IMG/VR virus record: IMGVR_UViG_3300027969_000043
Span: 104,872 to 168,871 of that record
Source of the DNA: a virus
Direction: 5' to 3' (one strand)
DNA length: 64,000 bases
Below the pieces are notes generated by a model that did no database searches, was not told the DNA's origin, and saw nothing but the letters and a program-made list of their open reading frames with translations. Below are positions 31,365-41,282 of the stretch, piece by piece. The number at the start of each line of letters is the position of its first letter. Position 1 is the stretch's first letter. Both the position numbers and the translations under genes were made by a program.

Positions 31365-33041
31365 TTACTTTTTTCTACCTTGACAATGCGCCTTTTGGCT
31401 AAATCCCTTTGGGTTATTACAATCTATGCTTTTTTTATATTTTGCTGACCACTTTTCTTTTAGTGCTTCCATATCAACAGATTCATCTGTACTATTTCCC
31501 CAGTTGGCAGCGCCAGCTTTTCTACACTTAACCAAAGCCCCAGAAGCATAAGCCGATGGCCATACATCATATCTAGCTCTTACTTTATGGTAACAAGCAT
31601 CTTTTTTTGTTTTCTTTTTTTTCTTTTTACCCTCTTCTACTACTTCATATATTTCATATTCATCTAAGATGTCATTAGAACCTTCTTGGAACATGTTATT
31701 TTTTTTAATGTTTTTTAATATAAATGCATTTTCAAACATTTTGTTATAATCAACTTCTTCTTCATATGATTCAACATCAACACCTAAATTTTTTAATTTA
31801 TCTAAGATATAATACATTTCCTCATTATCAGAAATTTCGGACTGAACGTCTTGTATGAATTCTTCTCGATTTATTTTATCACTAAAAGAAACCAATCTAG
31901 TTAAAATATGTAAAATTTTAGTATTTTCTTGTTTAAGATTATCATCATATATTTTGATTAACATCTTAGATTTCCAATCATCCAACGACATTTCGGCTAA
32001 CATTGACGATTTCTCGAATTCATCTTGGTCAATTTCTCCACTTTTATATTTTTGTGTTATATCTCCTATTTTTTTACCATGCTCACCACTCAATCTTTGA
32101 AATTCGGCTTTCCAACCAGTTTTCATTGGTGTATTATCTTTTAATTTTTCAAAAGTATTTGGGTTAGCCAATTCGTTTACTTTAACGATTTCTTTTTCGT
32201 AAATCATTGATTTGAAAATATTATCATTTAACTTACGATTTTCACTACGAGTTCTATGCCACGTTACGAAAAAAAGTATACTATTTGATTTCCAATCAAC
32301 TTTAGTTACTGTATAGTTACAATCCCTATTTTTGTCGTAATATATATCACCTTCTTGTACCCATAAATCTGCCCATGGTGCCGATTCCCCATCCTCAAAT
32401 AAATTTTCTGAATCATCAGTTTCTTCAGTATCTTTAGTTTCGGTATCAGTTGTTTCACCGTCATCAGTGGTTTCGGTATCCGTAGTTTCTGTGTCAGTTG
32501 TTTCGGTATCGGTGTCATCAGTAGTTTCGGTGTCATCCGTTGATTCTTCATCGCCGTCACCCTTTCCAGAACTTTTTACTTTCTTTATGATATCTTTTTG
32601 GTCTTCAGCATCCATCTCACCAGTATGCGTTGCTGACAATAAAGAATTTACAGCAAATTTTTCTAAATCAAAATCTGGCTGACCTTGGTCTTCATTATAT
32701 TTTCTAAGAGATTGTCCTAATTTACCTGTAAGTTGTTCTATGAATTTTTTAGGGTCTGACTCTTCGTCAGCTTCAACACCAGCATCAAACGGTTCGTCGT
32801 CAAATGGTTTATCACTTGAACCGCTATCATCAGTTGCTGTATCATCAGTTGGAGTTTCTTCAGACGATGTATCTGCTTGGTCTTCTGTACCAGCATCATC
32901 TGTACTAAAATCTAAATCATCTGTAGGTTCTTCAGCGGGCGCTGAATCGGTTGGGGGTTCAGCTGGAGCTGGGGCCGCTTTAGCCCCTAGCTTCAACTTG
33001 TATTTTACTTCTTCTAATGGAGCTTCAAAAGACTCAATTAG
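31365..33041 (-). CDS. C-terminal part of modular head protein, probably reached by -1 frameshift from 33038..33979
   Basis: Only a TTG start; frame is open up to the A10 run; acidic T/D/E repeats; DACYHKV...KCRK and KSIDCNNPKGFSQKAHC modules. Confidence 0.65.
   Translation of the reverse strand, partial: LIESFEAPLEEVKYKLKLGAKAAPAPAEPPTDSAPAEEPTDDLDFSTDDAGTEDQADTSSEETPTDDTATDDSGSSDKPFDDEPFDAGVEADEESDPKKFIEQLTGKLGQSLRKYNEDQGQPDFDLEKFAVNSLLSATHTGEMDAEDQKDIIKKVKSSGKGDGDEESTDDTETTDDTDTETTDTETTDTETTDDGETTDTETKDTEETDDSENLFEDGESAPWADLWVQEGDIYYDKNRDCNYTVTKVDWKSNSILFFVTWHRTRSENRKLNDNIFKSMIYEKEIVKVNELANPNTFEKLKDNTPMKTGWKAEFQRLSGEHGKKIGDITQKYKSGEIDQDEFEKSSMLAEMSLDDWKSKMLIKIYDDNLKQENTKILHILTRLVSFSDKINREEFIQDVQSEISDNEEMYYILDKLKNLGVDVESYEEEVDYNKMFENAFILKNIKKNNMFQEGSNDILDEYEIYEVVEEGKKKKKKTKKDACYHKVRARYDVWPSAYASGALVKCRKAGAANWGNSTDESVDMEALKEKWSAKYKKSIDCNNPKGFSQKAHCQGRKK
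32410..32545 (-). repeat. Degenerate coding repeat (TDTET/TDD)n
   Basis: Protein reads TDDTETTDDTDTETTDTETTDTETTDDGETTDTETKDTEETDD. Confidence 0.7.
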
Positions 33042-33979
33042 ATTTTTTTTTTACTTCTAGACTCTTGTAACTCATCAATCATCTCATCCATCATACCCAT
33101 TGCTCTTTCGATTGATAATTTACCTTCATTTTTTTTATTCATTTTACCAGCTCTTAAAGCAGCTAAATCATCAGCGCCAATCTCATCAGGGTCACCAGCT
33201 AATTTAGCAATCTTTTCTTGTGCTGGGCTTAAGTCTTTTTCCATCATTCCATGAACAGCAGCCATTTCTGGCATTAAATCTTCATCAACCCCATGAACAT
33301 CAACCCAATCATCACTCATACCTTCATTTTTTTCAAATGTTTCTGGGTCACGGTCTTGTTTATTAGCTGTAGCGTAATAAACTTTTTCACCCTTCTCGTC
33401 ACCGTATTGTTTTTTCATGCTACCCATAGCTGGTTTGTCATACTCTTCCATTCCACCACCCATACCATAGGCTGAACCACCACATTCTAAACACATGCCC
33501 TCCATTGTCTGCGCTCCGCAACATTCGCTTGTCATATGACCTTCCATATTACCCTCTGCTTTAAAACCAGAACCTGACATTGATTCAAAAGCTGCATAAT
33601 CTTCAGTTAAAAGTTTATCATCCAAGAAAACATTAACCTGTCCAGATTTACCATAAGCCTCGTTAAGGCTATGAAACTTAAGATTTAAGTGCTTTAGAGC
33701 TTTAGCATAAGAAGGATATACCTCTTGTTTCTTATTTTGAAGACCACCCATGTATTGGAAATCTTCAACAACAAGATTGTTTTGCTTTTTAGTTATTTTA
33801 ATATAATATTCGTGATTTTCTCTTACGATACCGTAAACATTACCATCTGGTCCTTTTTTTGTTAATTCAACAACCGATGTTTTTTTGTTTTCATTAATAG
33901 GCTTAATACCCATCAACTCTTTCATGCGCTCGGTTACTTGATAACCTTTAAGCCCAACTGGATTTATTTTTTCGTTCAT
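33038..33979 (-). CDS. Head-associated protein (N-terminal part of frameshift fusion)
   Basis: Late motif 33995-34002; INE/LNE/LTE sites; ends in AAA AAA AAA ATC TAA. Confidence 0.75.
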   Translation of the reverse strand: MNEKINPVGLKGYQVTERMKELMGIKPINENKKTSVVELTKKGPDGNVYGIVRENHEYYIKITKKQNNLVVEDFQYMGGLQNKKQEVYPSYAKALKHLNLKFHSLNEAYGKSGQVNVFLDDKLLTEDYAAFESMSGSGFKAEGNMEGHMTSECCGAQTMEGMCLECGGSAYGMGGGMEEYDKPAMGSMKKQYGDEKGEKVYYATANKQDRDPETFEKNEGMSDDWVDVHGVDEDLMPEMAAVHGMMEKDLSPAQEKIAKLAGDPDEIGADDLAALRAGKMNKKNEGKLSIERAMGMMDEMIDELQESRSKKKI

Positions 33980-34009
33980 AATTTTATTTATTTAATAAAT
34001 ATCTTAATT

Positions 34010-34264
34010 TTATGCAAAATAGCCACCTAAATAAGGTGTGCCAAGTACGGTATTTATATTCTCACCTAAAAGGTAAGTGCCTGTTCCGTTAGAAATACTT
34101 CTAACCACAATTTTTATAGATGTTCCAGCTACCATTGACACCGAAACACCATTAATTATTGGTGTTACCGTCGTCGCAGCATATACTTCAGTATAACTGT
34201 GAGCTGAAAAATTAGGACTTCCACCTGAAACTATAATACTATGTATATCATTTAATAATGGCAT
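34010..34264 (-). CDS. Small beta-rich virion-type protein
   Basis: Late motif 34278-85. Confidence 0.6.
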   Translation of the reverse strand: MPLLNDIHSIIVSGGSPNFSAHSYTEVYAATTVTPIINGVSVSMVAGTSIKIVVRSISNGTGTYLLGENINTVLGTPYLGGYFA

Positions 34265-34324
34265 AATGTTTTTTATTATAAATATTCGTAAAAAATAAAA
34301 AAAGCACTAACTTATAGCGCTTTT

Positions 34325-34531
34325 CTATTTTAATTTCTTTATTTTGTCTATTTTACCATCTTTCCAATGATAAACCATCCAACCGTCGCCATCTATATAA
34401 ACCATAGGTAGGTCATTACCCCAAGTATCTTTCTCAATTTGCTTTCTAAACGCTTCTTTAAACTCCTTAGATTCAAAAGCTTCTTTTACACGATTATTAT
34501 TTTCGATATTATCTAAACTTTCTTTTTTCAT
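34325..34531 (-). CDS. Hypothetical protein
   Basis: 68-aa ORF followed by hairpin at ~34301-34324. Confidence 0.55.
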   Translation of the reverse strand: MKKESLDNIENNNRVKEAFESKEFKEAFRKQIEKDTWGNDLPMVYIDGDGWMVYHWKDGKIDKIKKLK

Positions 34532-34536
34532 ATTTT

Positions 34537-35115
34537 TTATAATCTACCACCATTTAAGTATATTCTTTTATAAAATGAATCGTTTAAATCACTAATCATC
34601 ACATTTCTACCCTTGCCTGAAGCATGTACAAATTTATCATCACCCAAAAAAACACCAACATGCCAACCAGAACCCCTTTTGGTTCTAAAAAATATCAAGT
34701 CACCTAACTCTAAACATTCTTTTTTTACTTTCTTTACTATTTGATATTGGTAAATACAAGTTCTGGGTAATGAAACGTCATAAACAGATTTATATAATCT
34801 ACGAACAAAAGCAGAACAGTCAATACCCTTTCTACTATCACCACCAAAAACATACCTAACCCCCATCCAATTGTTTATAAAATCTTTTAATTTATCTTCG
34901 GTTTCAGGAATTTCTTTTTTCGGTGCTTCTGGCTCAATAATAACCATTTTTGCTGAGCTATCAACCACTTTATTTTCAATAACAGGTTGTTTTTTAGGTT
35001 CTACCTTAGAAACACTTTGTGGTTTTGGCCTATTCCAATTTATTCTAATCTTATATTGTGAATAGCATGTATTAATTAAAAAAACAGATATAAAAAGTGA
35101 TATCAATTTTTTCAT
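34537..35115 (-). CDS. NlpC/P60 cell-wall peptidase with signal peptide
   Basis: YVFGG...GIDCSAF, LPRT, GDLIFF, HVGVFLG, FVHAS. Confidence 0.93.
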   Translation of the reverse strand: MKKLISLFISVFLINTCYSQYKIRINWNRPKPQSVSKVEPKKQPVIENKVVDSSAKMVIIEPEAPKKEIPETEDKLKDFINNWMGVRYVFGGDSRKGIDCSAFVRRLYKSVYDVSLPRTCIYQYQIVKKVKKECLELGDLIFFRTKRGSGWHVGVFLGDDKFVHASGKGRNVMISDLNDSFYKRIYLNGGRL

Positions 35116-35144
35116 GGGTATTTTTTTATATAAATACTCAAAAA

Positions 35145-35621
35145 TTAAGCCGAAATAGCGTCACCATTTAATTCTTTGAAAAATTCATCAATAGTTGTTT
35201 TAAGCACAATTAAGTTTTCTAAAAATAACGTATCCCACTCATTAGTTTTTTGTTTGGTGTCATTGATATGTGCTAAATAATTAATTTTATTTACCACTTC
35301 TAATTTTTTTGCCTCGATAAGCGCTGCCTTTTCTTGATGTTTTAAATCATCAGCCTCAATTGAAATCTTAGAAGTATCAATATCGTCTAATTTTACATAT
35401 GAATACTTCTTAATATGGGTGTTAAAAACTTTACCTTGACTTTCAGCAATCTCAAATCTCATGTAATCTGATTTGGAAACACCATTATATTTGTATTGGG
35501 TTCCAGCTTTAAAAATTAAAGTCAAATCACCAGTATTTGAATCATACGTTGACCCTAATATATTGGATGAGTCATAAAGTGCTTTAATTTTGTTTTCTTT
35601 TTCTTTTCTTTTTAATATCAT
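35145..35621 (-). CDS. KTSC-domain protein
   Basis: SSNI...YD...L.LIFKAG.QYKY.GV...AESQGKVFNTHIK. Confidence 0.85.
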   Translation of the reverse strand: MILKRKEKENKIKALYDSSNILGSTYDSNTGDLTLIFKAGTQYKYNGVSKSDYMRFEIAESQGKVFNTHIKKYSYVKLDDIDTSKISIEADDLKHQEKAALIEAKKLEVVNKINYLAHINDTKQKTNEWDTLFLENLIVLKTTIDEFFKELNGDAISA

Positions 35622-35633
35622 AAATTTATTTTT

Positions 35634-35870
35634 TTAAACGGCGTGTGTTTTATATGCAATAACATTGTCAAGATGAAAAATCTTGCCAGTGCTAGTCAGT
35701 GTGTTATTTAATTCATCTTTCTCGTCAATTACTACGATAATATGGTTACCTGTTATCATCAATCCAGAATCTAAAAATTCAATTCGTTTTGATGGTTGAA
35801 TATCTTTATCTCTAGTATGTGGTTGTTTTAATAATAACTCTATTTTTCCAAATTTTGGTGCTCTATTCAT
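35634..35870 (-). CDS. Hypothetical protein
   Basis: 78-aa ORF with host-type promoter upstream. Confidence 0.6.
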   Translation of the reverse strand: MNRAPKFGKIELLLKQPHTRDKDIQPSKRIEFLDSGLMITGNHIIVVIDEKDELNNTLTSTGKIFHLDNVIAYKTHAV

Positions 35871-35963
35871 TATTTACATTTTACCCAAATATACAAATAT
35901 TTATCTTAAGAGTCAAGTTGACAAGTTTCAAAATAAAATGTATATTTGCTAAAAGGTTATAAA

Positions 35964-38483
35964 ATGAATAGAGAGATATATCCAAAAGTTAAATTAATAA
36001 TGAGGGAAGCAATGAAAGAGGCAAAAACTTTTGATGATATAAAAGTTAGGCCAGAACATATTGCTTTATCAATGATTAATGACAACGATAATGAGAGCAT
36101 TACAATCTTAAATAAATTAAAGGTTGATACCGCTGAATTACACGACAAAATAAGTGATTACCTTAGAAAAAACGACCTTAATCCTAGGATAACACAAACT
36201 AGCAGAGGTAAATTACCGTTATCCGAGGAAACAAAATTGGTTTTTAGAAACGTTGATAGTGAATCTGAAAAATTAAATGACAATATGATAGATACAACAC
36301 ATGTCATGTTATCAATTTTAGCCAGCAAGACACCAACAACAAAAATAATGTCTGACATGGGAATTAATTATAAAAGTTTTAAAAAAGTAGCAATGGATAT
36401 TAGAAACAACACAAAAAACATGGGCGGCCTAGATGAAGAACAATTCAATGACGACTTCAGCGAACAAGACCGCTTTAAGAAAAACAAAAAAAAGAACGAC
36501 TTGTCAAAAACACCTGTTTTAGATAACTTTTGTAGAGATATCAGCAAAGCAGTTGAAAAAAATGAGATTGACCCTGTCGTTGGTAGAACAAATGAAATTA
36601 AAAGAATTTCACAAATTCTTTCTAGAAGAAAGAAAAACAATCCAGTTCTTATCGGTGAACCAGGCGTAGGTAAAACCTCAATTGTTGAAGGGTTAACACA
36701 ATTAATTAAAGACGGTAATGCACCAAGAACAATTGCAAACAAAAAGGTATACAGCCTAGACCTAGCATCAATTGTCGCTGGTACAAAATATCGCGGACAA
36801 TTTGAAGAAAGAATGAAAGCAATCTTAGAAGAGTGCAAAGCAAATCCAGATATCATTCTTTTTATTGATGAATTACATACAATCATTGGTGCGGGCAACG
36901 CATCTGGTTCGTTAGATGCCTCAAACATCTTTAAACCAGCATTAGCGCGTGGAGAAATTCAAATCATTGGTGCCACAACTCTTGATGAATATCGTGAACA
37001 CATTGAAAAAGATGGTGCATTAACTAGAAGGTTCCAACAAGTCCTTGTTGAAGAACCAACACTAGAGGAAACCAAAATCATCCTTACCAACATCAAAGAA
37101 AAATACGAAAAGCACCATAAAGTTCAATATACTGACGACGCCATCGAAGAATGTGTAAAATTATCACATAGATATATAATGGATAGGTCAATGCCAGATA
37201 AAGCTATTGACGTATTGGATGAAGCTGGCGCCGCAACAAATGTTACCATCGAAAAACCACAATCAATTAAAGATTTGGAGGCTAAAAGAAACCAAATCTT
37301 AGATAAGAAAAAAGATGTTGTTAGCAAACAAAAATATGAAGAGGCTGCTAAGCTTCGTGATGAAGAAAGAAAAATTGAAGAGCAATTAGCTAACGCTTTA
37401 ACTGATTGGGCGAATAAATTAGAGAAAAAAATCACAACTGTTGGTGTTGAGCAAATTTCAGAAGTTGTATCTATGATGACTGGAATACCGCTAACAAAAA
37501 TCTCAACCCAAGAAAGCAAACGCTTGATGAATCTTGATAAAGAATTGATGGGTAGGGTAATTGGTCAAGACCCAGCGGTTACAAAGGTTGTTAAAGCAAT
37601 CAAAAGAAATCGTATTGGTATTAAAGATAAAAACAAACCCATTGGTTCATTTATATTCTTAGGTCCAACAGGTGTTGGTAAAACATACCTTGCTAAATTA
37701 CTTGCTGAACATGTGTTTGGTGATGAAGAAGCTCTTGTTAGAATCGATATGAGTGAATATATGGAAAAACACTCTGTATCTAGATTAATCGGACCCCCAC
37801 CAGGCTACGTCGGGTACGACCAAGGTGGTCAATTAACCGAAAAAGTTAGAAGAAAACCACACTGTGTTATTTTATTTGATGAAATTGAAAAAGCACACGA
37901 TGACGTATTTAATTTATTGCTTCAATTATTGGATGAAGGACAATTAACCGACGGATTAGGTAGAAAGATTAATTTTAAGAACTCTTTAATCATCATGACA
38001 TCAAATATTGGTGTTAGAGAATTAAGTTCTTTCGGTAAATCAATGGGCTTTGACACTGGCGCATCAATTGCTGATGAAGAAGCTAGGGCTCGTGCTATCA
38101 TCGAGAAAGCACTTAAGAAAAAATTCAAACCTGAATTCTTAAATCGTATTGATGAATCAATTGTGTTTAATGGTCTAAAACAAGAGGACATCCATAAAAT
38201 TATCTATATGGAAATTGAAAAACTTGAGTCTAGAATTTCAGAAGTTGGGTACAAACTTAAAATAAACAAATCAGCTATTGAGTATTTAGCCAAAGAGGGA
38301 TACGATGAAGCATACGGCGCCAGACCACTCGCCAGAACAATCCAACGGTTCATAGAAGACCCTGTCGCAGATGAAATACTAAGTGGCAATGTTAAAGATG
38401 GTGATACAATTAAAATAACACTAGATAAAACAACCAACCAAATAGTACTAAAATCCGATAAAACGGTAAAAATAGAAGAATAA
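35964..38483 (+). CDS. clpC: ClpC-like AAA+ unfoldase
   Basis: Clp N-domain; GEPGVGKT and GPTGVGKT Walker A motifs; UVR-like YEEAAKLRDEE; PEFLNRID; GARPL. Confidence 0.92.
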   Translation: MNREIYPKVKLIMREAMKEAKTFDDIKVRPEHIALSMINDNDNESITILNKLKVDTAELHDKISDYLRKNDLNPRITQTSRGKLPLSEETKLVFRNVDSESEKLNDNMIDTTHVMLSILASKTPTTKIMSDMGINYKSFKKVAMDIRNNTKNMGGLDEEQFNDDFSEQDRFKKNKKKNDLSKTPVLDNFCRDISKAVEKNEIDPVVGRTNEIKRISQILSRRKKNNPVLIGEPGVGKTSIVEGLTQLIKDGNAPRTIANKKVYSLDLASIVAGTKYRGQFEERMKAILEECKANPDIILFIDELHTIIGAGNASGSLDASNIFKPALARGEIQIIGATTLDEYREHIEKDGALTRRFQQVLVEEPTLEETKIILTNIKEKYEKHHKVQYTDDAIEECVKLSHRYIMDRSMPDKAIDVLDEAGAATNVTIEKPQSIKDLEAKRNQILDKKKDVVSKQKYEEAAKLRDEERKIEEQLANALTDWANKLEKKITTVGVEQISEVVSMMTGIPLTKISTQESKRLMNLDKELMGRVIGQDPAVTKVVKAIKRNRIGIKDKNKPIGSFIFLGPTGVGKTYLAKLLAEHVFGDEEALVRIDMSEYMEKHSVSRLIGPPPGYVGYDQGGQLTEKVRRKPHCVILFDEIEKAHDDVFNLLLQLLDEGQLTDGLGRKINFKNSLIIMTSNIGVRELSSFGKSMGFDTGASIADEEARARAIIEKALKKKFKPEFLNRIDESIVFNGLKQEDIHKIIYMEIEKLESRISEVGYKLKINKSAIEYLAKEGYDEAYGARPLARTIQRFIEDPVADEILSGNVKDGDTIKITLDKTTNQIVLKSDKTVKIEE

Positions 38484-38487
38484 CAAT

Positions 38488-38511
38488 AAAACCCACATTT
38501 TTGTGGGTTTT
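38488..38511 (+). terminator. Intrinsic terminator
   Basis: AAAACCCACA-TTTT-TGTGGGTTTT. Confidence 0.75.
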
Positions 38512-38527
38512 ATAATATTTATTTGAT

Positions 38528-38920
38528 ATGAAAAAGTCATTATTAAAAGAACATCTATTTGACAGGGATTCTGAACCGCAAATAAAGCTGTTAAAATTAT
38601 TCCTTAATTTTACCTGTAAGTTCTTGGGTATTAAATGCCCAAAAATAAATCTAAGGTTTAATAGAGATGGACTGACAACAACTGCAAGTTATAGTACTAA
38701 CAATGTTATCATATATGCTAAGGATAGAGCTTTGGTCGATATCATGAGGTCAATTGCTCACGAACTAGTACACCTAAAACAAGATGTTGAGGGTAGACTA
38801 GAACAAACTGAACATGACAAAAATAACGAAGCTGGCTCACCAATTGAAAACGAAGCAAATGCTGTAGCTGGACAGATAATAAGAAAATTTGGTGAAGAAC
38901 ACCCAGAAATATATGTATAA
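38528..38920 (+). CDS. HExxH zincin-like protein with LxE tag
   Basis: SIAHELVHLKQ...ENEANA; MKKSLLKE. Confidence 0.7.
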   Translation: MKKSLLKEHLFDRDSEPQIKLLKLFLNFTCKFLGIKCPKINLRFNRDGLTTTASYSTNNVIIYAKDRALVDIMRSIAHELVHLKQDVEGRLEQTEHDKNNEAGSPIENEANAVAGQIIRKFGEEHPEIYV

Positions 38921-39767
38921 TATTAAAAAAATATTAAACGAAGAACTCTTACTGAATAGTAGAAAAAATCTATTGTCAGAACAATCTCTTATTTTAATCA
39001 ACGACCATAGTCATATAAACCACGTTCTAGGTATAAAAACACCTATCAATGAAATTTACTCATTAGCATTAAGAAAACAAATCATAGAAGAACAATTAAT
39101 GTTGGAAGACCTTTTAGGTTCGATAAGCAAATTTGTTGGTTCAGCTGTTGAAAAAGGAAAAGAAAAAGTTATATCTGTTGTAGACTCAATAAAAAATGTT
39201 AAAGATATTGCTTTATTATTTAAAGACTTGATACTATCACCAGAATACATGGCAAAAGCTACAACCGTTATGGGTAAAACCTGTAATAATATTGCTGATA
39301 GATTAAAAAACAAACTAGTAACAATAGGAACCAAACTAGGCGATGCAGCTGGAAATATGTTAGATAAATTTAATGCGTTGATTCAAAAAGCTATTGACCT
39401 TCTGATTAAACTAGCTAATGGTACTGGATGGAAAGGATTTTTAACAATGTTAGGGTTTAGTATTTTAATGACACTACTCGAAACAAAAATACTTGATATG
39501 ATTATTAATCAAGGTATTAAAATTTTAGATAAATTCACAAATATCATTGATGGAGCAACAGACATGCTGAACGGTTTTAAAGAATTCGCAACTAGCATTA
39601 TTTCAACTCTAGAAATCTCACCGATAATATCTTGGATTACAGATAACGTAATCAAAACAACGTTGGGTAGTTTTTTTAGTGGTGTTAATATAATTAATGT
39701 TATAGGACTTATTTTGATTCCAGTAATCAAAGCAATCGATTGGTCAAAAAAATTAGTAAAAAAATAA
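38913..39767 (+). CDS. Helical, partly hydrophobic protein with LxE tag
   Basis: MYNIKKILNEE; hydrophobic segments in C-terminal half. Confidence 0.65.
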   Translation: MYNIKKILNEELLLNSRKNLLSEQSLILINDHSHINHVLGIKTPINEIYSLALRKQIIEEQLMLEDLLGSISKFVGSAVEKGKEKVISVVDSIKNVKDIALLFKDLILSPEYMAKATTVMGKTCNNIADRLKNKLVTIGTKLGDAAGNMLDKFNALIQKAIDLLIKLANGTGWKGFLTMLGFSILMTLLETKILDMIINQGIKILDKFTNIIDGATDMLNGFKEFATSIISTLEISPIISWITDNVIKTTLGSFFSGVNIINVIGLILIPVIKAIDWSKKLVKK

Positions 39768-39770
39768 AAA

Positions 39771-41213
39771 ATGAATAGAGAAGAACTTATTGCAAAAGCT
39801 AGAGATATCGTTAATCAAGACGTTGTTAAAGGATTTACAGCAGATTTTTTAAAAATGGCAGCTAATGATACCGTTAACCCAAATAGATTTGAAACATATT
39901 TAAAAAATATCTCAGAACAAGCTTGGGACCCAGGCACTGAAGAAAATACTATCTTTACATATAGTCAAGAATTGGTTGATATTGTAAAAGAATTATTCCC
40001 CAAAAATCTAGATTATCCATATCTTCAAGAAAGCGGCGTAAATACAGTTACAACAACACATATAAAAAGTAAAAAAAAAATCGAAAAAGGTCCTAATGAG
40101 ATGAAAACATTTATTAAAAGTTCATTACGCGAATCTATCGTACCCCAAGAACCATTAACACCAAAAGAAGCGGCTATAAAAGTATTAAAAATGACCAAGG
40201 CAAGAGAGTTTCCAACGAAACCGCTACATAAGCTAATGGTAAATATGATAGAGCATATTGAAGGTTTAGAGGATGTTAAACTTATTGAAGAATACCTATT
40301 AGAAAAACTTAGAGATAAAAAAATATCACACGCTGTAAGAGTTTATGTTATTAATAAGGCTAGAATGGCACTTATTGATGCCAATACACCGCCACCCTCA
40401 ATAAACGAAGGTAGAGAACACACCGATGACGAAATTGTAGATTTTAATGAGATTGACCTTCAACAAGAATACAATAAATTAAATCAGCTGCTATTTAATG
40501 GTAATCTTCAGCCAGTAACAATGTTATGGAATAAAAGAAAAGGAGCACACGGCGTTGTTAAAGGTACTAGAAGCAGAGCTACAGGTAAAATAACCCTTAA
40601 ATCCCTTAGCATGTCCCAATTCCTTAAAGTACCATATAGATTCTTTAAAGATGTCTTAGCACATGAAATGATTCACGTATTCTGGATGCAACAAGATGTC
40701 AATGCTAAACATGGTCCTTTGTTTGTCCAACAAATGAACAGAATTAACTCAATGGGGTTAGGATTTAACGTTAGTGTAAGGTCTGATTCATCAGAAACAT
40801 CTAAGTTTGAAATGTCTTCAGACGTTGTAAAGGAAGGTATGGAACTTGTTTTTCTATTAATGAAGACAGATAAAGATGATAATATGTTTTCGGTTATGAA
40901 ATATGATGCATATAAATCACAAGGATATAGAATTATTGATATCTACAATTACTTAGTTAACAAAAAACCTAAGTATAGATTTGCCGATGGTGAATTCTTT
41001 TTATCAACAAATCCAAGACTACAAGCTTCAAAAATACAAAGAAGCTTTGGTAGCGTAAGTTATTCAAGGATAGATAATGCTGTGGCTAATGAACTTAAGC
41101 AAAACGCTAAATTTTTGTGTAAATTTGAAATTAATAATTCAAATGACGAACCACAGTTGTCTGGCCCTGACCAACCAAATCCAGCACCACCAAAAAGCTT
41201 ATTAGGATTTTAA
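39771..41213 (+). CDS. Multidomain protein with SprT-like metalloprotease
   Basis: YNKLNQLLFNG.L...VLAHEMIHV...HGPLFVQQMNRIN. Confidence 0.8.
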   Translation: MNREELIAKARDIVNQDVVKGFTADFLKMAANDTVNPNRFETYLKNISEQAWDPGTEENTIFTYSQELVDIVKELFPKNLDYPYLQESGVNTVTTTHIKSKKKIEKGPNEMKTFIKSSLRESIVPQEPLTPKEAAIKVLKMTKAREFPTKPLHKLMVNMIEHIEGLEDVKLIEEYLLEKLRDKKISHAVRVYVINKARMALIDANTPPPSINEGREHTDDEIVDFNEIDLQQEYNKLNQLLFNGNLQPVTMLWNKRKGAHGVVKGTRSRATGKITLKSLSMSQFLKVPYRFFKDVLAHEMIHVFWMQQDVNAKHGPLFVQQMNRINSMGLGFNVSVRSDSSETSKFEMSSDVVKEGMELVFLLMKTDKDDNMFSVMKYDAYKSQGYRIIDIYNYLVNKKPKYRFADGEFFLSTNPRLQASKIQRSFGSVSYSRIDNAVANELKQNAKFLCKFEINNSNDEPQLSGPDQPNPAPPKSLLGF

Positions 41214-41223
41214 ATATAAAAAT

Positions 41224-41247
41224 AAACCCCGATTAAATCGGGGTTTT
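41224..41247. terminator. Bidirectional terminator
   Basis: AAACCCCGATT-A-AATCGGGGTTT type hairpin between convergent genes. Confidence 0.75.
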
Positions 41248-41282
41248 ATATTACCAAAATCTATACCAGTACATGTCAACAA

